A stretch of 64,000 nucleotides of DNA from positions 2,232,001 to 2,296,000 of the forward strand of contig JBLDXI010000029.1 of assembly GCA_047495785.1 (NCBI GenBank), written 5' to 3'. This stretch comes from Lepidodermella squamata (Eukaryota; Animalia; Gastrotricha). The translations under genes were made by a program, and so were the position numbers. The notes beneath the pieces were generated by a model. It had not been told where the DNA came from. It saw only the letters and a program-made list of their open reading frames with translations, and searched no databases. Shown here piece after piece: positions 13,169 to 26,000 of this stretch. Each line of letters begins with the position of its first letter. The stretch's first letter is position 1.

Positions 13169-14064
13169 ACATTTATTTTATATTGCGGCCACCGAACAAA
13201 TTTGTCAACAAGCTTGCGAAACAAAAGAACAATAATTACTCCATGAAATTTGAGTTTTATTTAAATTTCAAAAAAAAACAACTTAAAACGTTGAAATATT
13301 CAATGTGATCGGCGATATCATAATAATATTATTAATAATAATCGTCGCGGTTAACGACTAAAAGGTTCACCACGCGAGAGCTCACGATCTTCGAGAACAG
13401 GATAGAGAGTAGGCGGTTGCTAGCCGCGCGAGAAAAAAAAACGAAAGAGATAAAGCGAAAGATCAACTAAAAGATCATTTTTTCATAAATTCAGATTGCT
13501 AAACACGCCTCGAGAGAGAAAATTTCACGCGGTCTTTTGTTGGATTTTGCAAACAAACGTAACTTTTTTAAAGTGGCGAAAAACGATGCCCACAATTATT
13601 AGTAAAGATGAAAACCCCAAACAGCAATTATCATGCTTTAAATTCATGTGTTAAATTATTTTTGTATCATGCTTTGAGCGAGATGAGAGAAGAAAAGATC
13701 GACAGAAAAAAACTCAAGCGCGAAAAACCACTAGAACAATGAGCTGTGACGACAGCAGATCAAACGGAAATGATTCATAGCAAAAAAGCGGTGTGCATCA
13801 ACAAAATTCACAGGATGTTTGATTATTTTTGCATTTTTTTCTGATATCAAGGTGCGTTGAGTTTTACATGATTGTTTTTGCTTATAATACCATAAAAATT
13901 TAAAAGCCGGAAAAAGTGCGTCGCAATTTTGAATCAACATTATAATAGTAGGGTGGATAAATTACATTCAGACTAAGCATCACAACGGAGACTGAAAAAA
14001 TTTCTTCCGACTAAAAAAAGGTTATTTTTTCGATTTTTTTCAATATGATTGACTTTGTATATAA

Positions 14065-17000
14065 CTAGAAGATGACAACTTGGCCGTCGCGTTGGCCGGG
14101 TTGAGACTGGGATTGCGGATGCGCAGGGCCGCCGGCTGGTTGCTGCAGCCGGGGGTCGATCACCGTTACATTGTCGATGTCTTCCATGCCGAACATCGGA
14201 TTTCGGAAGGCCACTGTACCAGCCGGAACGCCGCTTGCCACCGCGGCCGAACCGGTGATCAAATTACCAGCGCCTGGCGGGTCGTCCAATCGCCGGAAAC
14301 CTCGAGCGTTCGGTCGCCTGGATAAAAAAATAAAAAAATTAGAAAAAATCGAAAAAATCACAGAGTAGTTAATATAACCAGCTGGTTAGAGGAAAGAGCT
14401 ATTTTCGGAATAATTACTTGATTAAAATTCGAAAAATCCAACAAAATCCAGATATTAAAAAATCCACCTTAATTTTTTGATTTTTTGGGTAAATATTTTT
14501 TCCAAATATAGCTCTATCCTGCTTTAGTTATAATATAAAATGCAATAATCGTGGTGAAAAGGTAGAACAATGCGTTGATTTTTTCAAGTTAAAATCAAGT
14601 CAAACGATGCTATGCCAAAAACACGTGTTAAAATGTAAAACAATGCATTAGGTTGTTTGTTATAAAGCAGCAGCTCAAAAAATCGGTGAGTTAAATATGA
14701 ATAAACGAAAGCAAACCGCACCTGAAAACCCTTGAACAAGACAGGTAGAAAAATAACCAAAAAATTACAGACATTCACGCGCATACAAAGGGTAATTGAT
14801 TTCCTATGATTTTCGCATTCTCGGCAATTACAGAAGCTAATTTTACGGCATGCAAACTCGACAACAAGCATAGGTATTATATCATCGATTAAATACCCAA
14901 ATATGTGTCTAATTTGAGGGTTCTGCATCAAGTTACTGCTTTGCCAGTAATTGAACAAGGATCTGTATATAGTAGGTGCATCAAAGTCCGTTATCCAGTG
15001 CATGTAAAACCGCAAATATCAAAGCCATTCGTTATAAAATTTGCTCAAAATTGCAAATTCAAGCTGCATTTTTTTATAATTCGTAGAACGTACCTTCTGA
15101 AGTAGACAAACAGGCCAACAGCTGTTCCGACTAGCATTACTACCACTACAACAATGGCCACGATAATTCCGGCCGAAGTTGTGGACGTGTTCGAAGTCGC
15201 TAAAAAATTGTTTCAAAAATCAGGAAAATTCTAGAAAAAATTGAAATTTCTTACAGGCATCAGCTTCACTTTCCGCCTTCCTATCCATAACTGCTGGGGT
15301 ACTTTGGGTGAAAGGGAAAGTTCGAACATCCGATGTCGTGAATTTGGACGAGCCTAAAAAATCAAATTAGTTAGCAAAATGGCTTTTAAATAACAGATAT
15401 AAGCGAAAATATTAATAAAGCAAAACTGGAGTCACTAAAACGCACTCGAAGAAATTATTTCTTCAAACGTGGTTGTTGAAAAACCGTTGTTTTCATCTGT
15501 GGCTGTAGTTGCTATATTTTTTCGATCAAATCGAATCATTTCATGCGAATAAAAACCGGCTAATCTCAATACCTGAAGTTGGTTTGGTGGGTTTCGTAGT
15601 TTTCGTGGCCTTGGTCGTTTGACCCGGCTTCGTCGGGACAGTCGACGGTTTCGGGCTGGTCGGATTCAACTGGCAATAGTTTTCGATCGGCTGAGACCAG
15701 AACGCCGTCAAATTGTTGGTCGACAAACATTTCAACGCGAACGTTTTTCCCTTGAATCCAGACTGCATTTCAGGGCCGTTCGAACACGTGAAATTACACG
15801 AGGCATTGATGCGCAGCGTGCAGGCTTCGTCAAATGAACCGTAAATAGCCGCTGGTTTCGGGCAAGCGACAACTGAAAATTAAAACATTTAGTAAAAAAA
15901 ACAATTTTTCCTTAAATTATCTACCATCTTTGCAGTTCACGCCGTCAACAGGATCTGGCGAGCCAAACGGGCATTTGCAGGCCACCTTAGCATTAGGCAT
16001 CGGTATGCAAATATGGCTGCAGAATTTGTTGTGGTCGGTATAATGGCATGGGGTAGTAAAATTGCCCTTATCATCGTGTTCGCGGCTGAAAACGGCCAGG
16101 CCGTTGAGACCGGTGAAAAACGACCCGCCAATGACGCCCTTCTTTTGTTTGGTTTTCAAATCGAAAACGTGGACACCGCGATGTTGCCAATCAGTCGCCA
16201 GCAGGTAGTTGCCATACACCTGAACGCCGTAGATGAACGACGGGTCTTTATCGCTTCCCTCAGTTGCGAACAGCTGCGGGCCGTTTTCGATGTTTTTCAA
16301 CTCGACATACATAATCGAGCGATTTTGGCCGGTTGAGAAGTAGAGACGGTCGGTTTCGTAGTCGATCGATAGTTCGTAGATCCAGGGCACGGTTTTCGTC
16401 TTGTCCTGGCCGGTTGCTGAGAAATAAACGACTTTGGTGCAGTTTTGGCCGTTCGGGAAGCAACGCATGATAGCGGACCAGGTGCTGGGCTGGGCATTCG
16501 AGCCACTAGCAGTCGCTGGGGTAGTCACGTTTCGAGTAGCAAAGTAGATGTGCCTTGAATAGAAAAAATGTCAAAAATGAATACACAATTCAGCAATTAA
16601 TGATCACGCAAATATTTGAAAATTACTGGCAATGCGGATACATTTTCAACTATTCATAGTAAAACGATGGAAACCGGGATTTATATCACATAAAAGTATC
16701 GCTCTAAAATTCTTCCTATCAGCTTTGTTTTGAAATTAAAATCAAGGTGGCGTAAATCTATGTTGAGAAAATCTGGTTTTGGGACCCCGTTATTTATTTT
16801 TAAAGGTCAAATATTATTCTGGATTTTTCAATGAATTCTTGAATCGACGTTCCTACGCTTACACCCCTCTAAAATTTAAATCCAACAACTAAAATGTAGA
16901 TGCCCTGCTATTACGCATTGTTGGATTTACCTGGAAATTTTCGGTGAAAAACGCAAAATTAAGGACAGAATAAACACGTCGCCAAGAATTTAAATAACGG

Positions 17001-20000
17001 GTCTTTTCTTCTCTTTGCTTCAAAATGAAACCCACATTTCCAATTATGAATCTCAAACACGCGGTTGTATAAGCAACTGAGCGTCTAAAATTTGTTGCTG
17101 ATAATTCAACGTTTTTAGATTTCAAAAAATCCGGTAAACATATCAAAATACGCAGTAAAATTACAAATTACCTAGCCCAAGTCTGGTTCATATTTCAGAA
17201 ATACTAACACCGATTGTAAAAATGTGAGAAACTTGGTTTGTGGTATTTTGTCCGACACTTTCCATCGTTAGGGAGAATACTTTCAAATGTTTGTACAATT
17301 TACAATTGATCATTGCCAAGAACATTCGTTAATTTCAGATTTTGAATTCAAATATTCAAATCATTATCATTTACATTCGATCCGGCCTCCGGTCCATGAC
17401 AACGCCGTAGAAACTGGTGTATGGATCCGCTTGATACAGGATAGTCGTGTAATTTTTACTTTCCATGTCAAAAGCGGCGACATAGTGACCCTCGCGGTGA
17501 GTGTAGAACAGCAAGCGCGATTCGTGGTCGACAAACAGACCGTACACCTTGTTGCCTGTAGCCAGGAAAATTTCAAAAATATAATTAGAAACGATAAAAC
17601 AAATATGCAGCGCTAATAATTATTGGAGGTCAGTCGCTACTATTGTTATTAAGGTGGCTGCTAATTATCGATCACCGTCGACCGCCCACGTCCGGTAAAG
17701 CACTCAGCCGCCCGTTGTTAAGCAGCGCTAATAAAAGCAGCTCGAGGCCATCGATGTCTCTCATTTGACAACAACAGGAAGATTGAATTCAAATGAAATA
17801 CAACAAAATGAGAGGAAGTATGACATTTCACATCTAGGGTATACTAATTAAAAGGCACGACACTTACAGCAAGCTAAAGCGTTTGCAACGCAAATTAAGC
17901 TGAATTTGATTGAAAATTAAAAGGCGGCTCTAAAACTAGAAGCCTCAACTTTCAATCAACTCGCAGAGTACAACGTTTAGAAATGAGAAAATAATCAGGA
18001 TTCTGATTTCAACACGTCGTTGATTGCCAATAAGTAATTAAAGATAATTGAGATTACGCCAAAATTAGTTTTCAACCAAAAAATTCAGAACGCAGTCCGA
18101 AGGCAATATATAATTTTGTTTATTTTCGAGATATAGCGATTAGAACCCAATTTTTTGTTAATTTCGAAATTTTAAAATAAAAATCGATAAGATGAAGTAC
18201 ATAAAAATTATAAAAAAAATGTTATTCCTATCTATGAATTTTTTATTTTATTTTCAATAATTCTCATCAATTCTGTCCTTCCAAATAATTTCCTTTTAAT
18301 TTTCATATCAATGATTAGGCCACTTCGGACTGCAACAAAGACTTAATCTTAAATTTTCTCATCGAAATTCAAACTTGAAAGTATGAAAGAAGGCGCACGA
18401 AAAGCAATTCATAGGTTACTTCATAGCTCTCAACGCTTTTTGATATATCAATTCCGTTGCCTTTCGAAAAAACCTGACCTGTCAACGTCATGCGGGTTGC
18501 GGCTATAGACAACAATGCATACATACATTATACGTGAATGAACAAGGCATGTCGTTGTTATTAATTGATTATTCAACAATAGCAATGTTACGATAACCCG
18601 TGTATTGTAACGTTTTCACCCCGCGCGTGATTTGCATTAAGGCCGCGCATCACTCACCTAGATGAACCACCGTCTCCTCCATGTGACCCTGGTCAGGATC
18701 GCGCGCCATTTGCGTCTGCGGGTTCACGCGGATTATCGAGCCGCGTTCATGATCGCCGAAATATATATCCGACGTGAGGGCGTCGAACGCGACCGAGTAC
18801 GGCCGCGCCTTAGCGTGGATGAACAGCGCGGACAGGTTGTTTTGAACCGTGAATGAAAATTCGCCCTTCGCCGACTGCTGCACGGTTTTCAGCGGCAGCA
18901 TGAATATTTTGTGGTGGTAGTCGTCGACACTGATAATAGCGCCCTCGTTTAGTAGATCGATGGGCCGCGGGGCACAGTGCCGCTGGTCCGGCATCAGCAC
19001 CATGCCGTCCGTGCACGCGCAGTGCGACGTGCTGGCATTGCTGTTCCACGAGGCGAGGCACAAATGCTCGCAGCGGCCGTGCTCCAAATCGGCGCAAATG
19101 TCCTGGTACGCTGTAAATTTGAAACGAGAATTAAAAATTGAACTGATTCGGTGCGGCTCGTTTAATCAAATATGATCGTGACTCGAACGATTTCAACATC
19201 AAAAATTGATGAAATATCGCTGATATAGCTGAGTTCAGCTTAACGACTCAATATCCAAATTGAACGAACGCTAAATCCAATCCACAAAAATTGAATTGTA
19301 CGAAAGTAAAGAAATCTCTTAGTTTTAATAATTTCAATAAATTTTGAAAGCGAGTTTAAAATTTAAAATTAATTTAATCAGAAAATGTATCAAACGTGAG
19401 AAAAATTATAGAATTTTTATGGATGAAAAAGCTTTCGATGAAGCGAAAAGAAAAAATTAGGTAATTTCGGCTATAATTTAAAAATAATTTTCAATTCCAA
19501 GTGATCACTTTCTGAAACTTCGCTACAATTTCAGCAAGCAGTTTACAATCAGAGCATCAAGAATTTCGGCCCATATTTGAATAAATCTTGCAGTTTAATA
19601 GCAAAATCGATATGAATAATCGAATTAAGATTTTTGAAAATACTAACCAAGATTAGAAGGATTCGTGTTGCTGATAGCTTGCGTGTCAGTGCTCGCATTT
19701 TGAAACAAATACGGGTTAACCACAGCTAGCGATTTGATCGGTCCACGCATGCCCGACGACGGTAGGGTAACTTTCCGCAACTGAATCTCCTGGTCGACAG
19801 CCGCGCCCATCGAGTTCGACGTGTACAGTTTCAAATCCGAATTCGACCAGGACGAAAACATCAGAATACGCTGGTAGACTGCAAATTGGGAGATATTTGC
19901 AATGGCGAATTGCGAATACGCTATCGTCGGTTGTTGGCATGACGAAAACGGCGGTAGACTGCGTAGATTGTACCAACCAAGTCTATTCGCCGGCTGCTCC

Positions 20001-23000
20001 AGGAACAACAGGGTCGTATTTGCGTAGGACACCTGCATTTGGGCAACATTGCCTTGAACAGTTCCCAGGACACACTCGCCAGTTGCGTCGAGATTCAACT
20101 GACTGATCGTGCTCAAATTTGTCGCGTTCGAATAAGTGGCCCAGTACAATTTTCGTCGCATGGCATCAACAACCAGGCTTGTGATGTTAACGTCCTCCTT
20201 AATCAAAGCCGGGAAATAGTAGTTATCCCTCAGAACCACCAAGCTGCGAGAAGATTGATCAGCGATGTAGAGATTTCGGCCGAGCCAATCGAAGGCCAAG
20301 GCAACAACTGAATTTCCAGAGTAGAAAACTTCCCACTCATCTGGGGCGCCGTCAGTCATCATTCCTAGCGTGGGAATCGATATCCAGTCGAAAACGCGAC
20401 TAGCCTGGCGTAACCTCAGGTTGTAAATCGCCGCTGGCATGTGATTCTGCTGGACGGCGTAAATTCGATAGGCAAAGTGGTCTGGTTCCATGATACTGTA
20501 CTGCTTTTTGCCTGATAAAAATACAGAAAATCCACCTTAATATTTGAAATTTTTTAAATAATAGCAGTAGAGAAAGGACGTTACAAAAACAAAACAAAAA
20601 AAGAAACTTTTTTAGTCGCAAAATTTAAAATTAAACTGTTAGGTATTAAATACTAGAAAATAAATCGACTTTACTTATTGTGAAATTAGCAAGGCGGATG
20701 CGATTTTGATTTCTTAAAAAATTAACCTAGTTAATCCTGATTTATAACCATGCCATAACCGATTTATTTTTATTATCAAGCGTAAATTTGTGATCAGCCA
20801 GCTGATTTCAAAGCGAACCAACCTTTTGTCGAGGGCCTGTTACCACTAACTACAAAATTAAGCGTAAAATAGTTGAAAGCATCGTCTAATAATGAATTAA
20901 ATATTCCATCTTACTGTAAAATGGAAATATACGGTTCTTAAGAATTCCTTTAAAATATCTGTATCCGCTTAAAAAAATTCAACACCAAAAACTTTACACT
21001 TGAAAGCACGTGTACAACAAATCGCAGTGAGAGTATATTTGTATAAAAGCAAAGCGGTGATTTTTGCGTGTTCTATTTTTGCCAACTTACCACTGAAATA
21101 CTCCGGTTCTAATGTGCAGAGAAAACATCATAACAATATTGATTTACACCGTTCAAATTTTCATTTTTTCAATAATTCCTGATTTTCTCTCGAATCGTCA
21201 AATATTTACCATTTTGAAAGCAGTAGTCTGCGTCGAAAAGGCTAGGGCCGATCTGTGACGACGGCTGGCCTATGGTGTCAAGGCTGCGGTAGCAAATTTT
21301 GTCCAGAGTGTTGTAAACAATCACGGGCGAGGCGGGTTGCGTATTGTTGACATAACACTCCTTCACCGTGCTATTCCACGAGTAGCCGTCCGGGCACAGG
21401 CAGGTGGCGACTCCCTTGATGTTCGTACACATGAACTGACAGTTTGCACTAGAGCAGTTCACTATATACACCAGAAAAATCAACACTCACTGACACAAAA
21501 TTACGGCAAATAAAACTCACGTTTCTCAGTAACAGCCGGAAACGGCTGGTAGCTGGAGAGCGCCCGAAATTCGCCATTCAAAGCGCGTGAATGACGCAGC
21601 TCTAGATTAGAACAGCACGAACCGTCGGTTTTAGGCACGATCGAATAGACAAAAATCGAGGAGACAGAATGGACGAGATCGACAACGGCCAAAAACATGA
21701 ATCTGCTCTCGTACAGCTGAATGCTGCCAACTCGGCTGTTGAAAATCGTGTAGTTTTTGTACGTCGTTATGTCGAATTTCGCAACAATTTTTCCGTGATA
21801 ATCCAACACAAACACACTGGTCGCAAACGCTGCCCAGACGCTGAAAAAATTCAAGAATTAGAAATCCAGCTTAAACATTAGAAAAAACTATTCACTGTTT
21901 CTTCTGGAAATCGACGGTCAATGCTCCAGGAAGCATCATATCTGGGTTGATATCCGAATTGTCATTCGAAAAAACGGTCGGCGGGAAGTCGTAGATCTTT
22001 TTGCCCTCAGAGCCGTCCATCAAAGTTCGCCAAACGTGGATAGTACCAGCCACATCGTCACGATCCAGGAAAAACAAGTAGCCCTCGTTAGCATCGAGGC
22101 TAAGCGAATAGCCTTCGAGCTCGGACGAAGCGAGGGCTGTTTTGTAGATGCTGGTCGATGACAGTGAGAAAAAGCTCGAAATCGCAGCATCAGGAGAGCG
22201 ATGCATCATCATGTTGTGGTAGTCGGTCAGAGGGACAATTCTCAGCCATTTGAAAATCGGATCGAACCAAATCGCATTGCCGCCGACCCAATCGTATGCA
22301 ATTGACTTCACCCCAATCGAAAGTCCAGCGTAATGCGCGACTGTGTTGAAAGTTCCATCCATCCTCGCGCTAGCGATTTGGCGGAATTGGGTCTCAGCGA
22401 TCAAGAGGCGTTGCTGATCCCAATCGACAGCTAGACCGACAATGCCACTTCTAATGGTGAAGAGCTGCTCGCGCTGCGGTCGGCGAATCCAAGCCGCTGG
22501 GTCGCCTTCAAGTCGATAGAATAGCGTATTATTCGTGTTCAACATTACCGCGTAAATAATGCCAGGCGAATGTAAGGTCTCTTTAGCGCAAGACGTGGTG
22601 CCATTGGGATTCGTGACAGTTACGTAATAATCGCTACAGGAGCAAGTCGATTTGACTTTCTCGTCGCCTGGAACGCATATGTGGTTGCATTTCAGAGATC
22701 CACACAACGAGTTGGATGGTTCCGAATATTCGTATCGTTTGAAAGTGACAATTTTCGACGAGGAGTTCAGCTTGAAGAGTTGCACGTAATTCGGGTCAAT
22801 GATAGTTACATTATTGACGTTGTAACTCAATTTGACAATTGAGTTTGAAGTTGTGTTCGTGTAATAGATCACACCACGACTAGCAGTCATAGGTGTGCAT
22901 GGGATGGTTTTCGAGTTGATTGGATCATGGCCGTCGATCTTCATGCCCAAAAGAACACCATTAACACAGTAGTGCAACATCTCGTCGTAATTGTCGTACG

Positions 23001-23731
23001 CCAGCAACTTGGATCCTTTCGTGAATTGAGAGGGCAAGCTGAATTCGGAACGAAACGAAGAACCATTCAATTTTGCAGTAAAAATAGTAAAAGATCCGTT
23101 CTCGGCAATCAACCGGTTCTTCTCAGTATCGAGGAAGAAAGTGCCATCGAGTCCCTCAGCTTGTTGAAACAAAGACTTTATCCTCAGGTCCTCGTGTTCA
23201 TTGCGAAGGCTAATCCCAAGAATGCTGTGGTACCCAGCATCGTAAACAAAGGCCACGTCATAGCTTGGGTACGCTCTGATTGTCAGAGGTGTGGTTTCTG
23301 ATTAAATAAAATATGCTAATCTATCATGTCATTCAATAAGCGTCATACCTTCTCTCAATTGATGAGACTTGTACACTTTTTGAAGGTCCAATGGGCCTTT
23401 CCAGATACCTTTCGCCTTCGGACGGCTGCTTGAAAAATAGAATACGCTTGTGATAGGGTTGAACTCTACATCTTCGATGTTCTGTATAGTATTTGGCACT
23501 GGGATAGAAATCCAAGTCGGCTCGGACGATTTGTTGAAGTAATGTAGTGTATATGAAGCGTTGGCATCGTCGTCTTGCGTTAGATAGACAAAAAACTCTG
23601 AAAGAAAGAAATGTTTGACCACGTCGGATCAAAAACACTATATACTCACCGGTGGTTGATGCGCAGTTACAGCATATAACCGATATAAAAAATAACAATA
23701 TTGAATAGGTATGCGCCATACCCGCCACCAT
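14065..23731 (-). CDS. LRP-like YWTD-propeller/EGF receptor with a Sushi/CCP domain, copy B (complete, about 14 exons)
   Basis: The 5' half (21169-23731) is nearly identical to copy A. It continues in phase through exons at about 21091-21108, 19648-20511, 18659-19111, 17375-17556, 15924-16553, 15572-15872 (Sushi plus T/K/P stalk), 15255-15352, 15094-15199 (TM GIIVAIVVVVVMLVGTAVGLFVYF) and 14065-14317 (tail containing FRNPMF). Confidence 0.85.
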
Positions 23732-25013
23732 TCTAAAATGGAAATATAATGTATCAATGCACCAGTCATTTCGAAGGAGTGGCGATTAAAACCAAATGAG
23801 TCAAGCTCAACCTTGAATGATAGAGAAGCAAGGTGAAGCAGTTACTACACTAACACGCAGTCAACTGCAAAGATTAAACGCCCTTTGGCTTCCACAAAAG
23901 CCACTTGGCTTGGTCTATCATTAGTTTTGCACGCCTGGGGCCTCGAGCGATGAGGTGAACCTTTTTGGCGTTAAGACTCTCGGGGACAACCTCCTGATGT
24001 AAAATTTAGAGCCCAACATCACCTATATGAGATGCAGCCTTGCAATTGCATTCTGATATAGCGTCAAGTATAAGAAAACCTGAACATAGATTAAATATGG
24101 TAATGCAAACAACTCAAATTGTAAATTGTAGCCGGATCATATCAGAGATGCGTGGCTAAGCGGGGGACCAGCTGAACAACCAGCACAGGGGATCAAGGAA
24201 TTTAAGTATGTGAAAGTGAACACTAAGGTAGAATGCAGATGCAAATACGAGGATCGAGGATGAGTTATGAATTATGAACTGAGCCAACAGCCAACAGCAT
24301 AAAGTGCGCTAGGCACGAAGGCCTCCCTCGAATCCAAAACCACAGACTTACAACACCAGCCAAAAATCGCTCGGCTTTTCCCTACCTCGATTTTTGAAAT
24401 TCAAATTGTTTACTATTAGTCGCGTGAATAAATTGAGAGAAAATAGTGAAATAGATACTTGCTATGTTAATAATCAACACAATGTCAAAAATTATGGCGG
24501 GAAAAATTCAAATTCCGCAATCGCGTGGAGCTGATGCGCGCTGATCCGAACTCTCAGTCGACGCCGCGGTAGTTCGATTGGCTACCAATCGACGCGTAAC
24601 GCTGTCGTCCAGAAATGCCTGCACTCTCAAGCACCTGCCGTCCTCGAAAACGTTGTACGTAGTCAACAAATCCTCGTCCGACCACAAGACCAGTCTTGGC
24701 AGCACTGATGGCATATGACTTTGAAATGCCAATCATCAAGCTCATCGCATCGGCCTCCGATTTCGAGCAATTGAAATGATCTATTGTTTATTGCCATCTA
24801 TCAGATCCTCAGAGACCAACTGCTGAAAGTTTGCTAAAATCGGTATACGACAGCAAATTCATTGAAATATTTGAAAAAGAGGTAAGTCACCATTTAATCC
24901 TATTTGCATTTATCAGATGAGAGGCCGCCTTAGTGCGCAGTCAACGTACTAATACAACATTCATACGCATGCATGCTTACATGCTTATTGACAATAATGC
25001 TTATTTGGACAAT

Positions 25014-26000
25014 CAGGGACGGCGCCAGTGTCAATTGGCCTAGGGGGCAAGCGAGGGGCAAAGTTTTAGGCAAGCCTTTTAACCAAAAAATCAAACAATA
25101 ACAAAAAGCCAGAAGTCACGGGCTTTTTTGTCATAAGTTAAGGTTCTAAGCGCGGGGTTACTTTTGTGAAAGCGCCTCACCACCTTGTCGAGGTTCATTT
25201 TTTTCGAGAGCTCGAGGTTCATTGCTAATACGGCTAAATTTGAGAGGCGCTGATCCAGCATTTTTGTTCTACTATAAGATTTGATGTTGTTCATTAAAGA
25301 GAAGCTACGTTCACAACTCGATGAGCTAATAGGTAAAGTGAGTGCAATTTTGATAGCATTATTCAGAAGAGGCAAAGAATCACGGAACGGCAGTAAAAAT
25401 TGAACGCTTGAGCAGGATATTTAGGTAACGAATCAAATTTTCTTTCTTCGGATAATTTCTTAAGCATTTTGTTCAGAGATTTTGCTTGTGAGACAACGCC
25501 GTTACAGTCATCACCGTTGTCAAGAATTACACCCTTGTAATGTTCAACTATAACTTTCAACAATGATTCATCGAGGAAAAAAGTCACTTAGTGGGTCACA
25601 GGCTCGCAAGGCCGATCAGATCTCGCGATTTTCTGAGGAAAATCTCTCGTCTAGTTCAGTTAGAACGGATGTTATCATGTCATTACATGTCATTACAAAC
25701 CGCGTGCTACATAGCCTCGACTTGAGTGTCATCGACATTCGAGACGCGCGTCTTGCTGGTCGTTGCCATTGGGACAATGACAGTTGTACTGATTTCTGAC
25801 GTCGAATGAACCGTCGCCGACGTCGATGAAAATTCTGACAGTATTTTTATTGTAGATTTCGAAACTTTTGGAGTAATTGAATCTCAAAGAGTCCAGTTGC
25901 TTTTTCATTTTAACAATTCCTACTTTTCGAGCATAATTCCGTGATTTAAATGTTACCCAGCGCCTTGTAGGAGCTATGTCGATTATCGAATTTGAGAAAT
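25014..26000 (-). mobile_element. Degenerate hAT-family transposon (C-terminal dimerisation domain)
   Basis: ORF 25091-25375 (ALTLPISSSSCERSFSLMNNIKSYSRTKMLDQRLSNLAVL) is the hAT dimerisation motif. It is frameshifted relative to ORF 25363-25587. A CAGGG-type terminus lies near 25014; the other end was not located. Confidence 0.8.

Noticed and set aside
24480-24900. GC-richer coding-like stretch with a donor site
   Set aside because: The plus-strand frames I read are interrupted by stops and no family was recognised; probably a decayed gene or transposon fragment.
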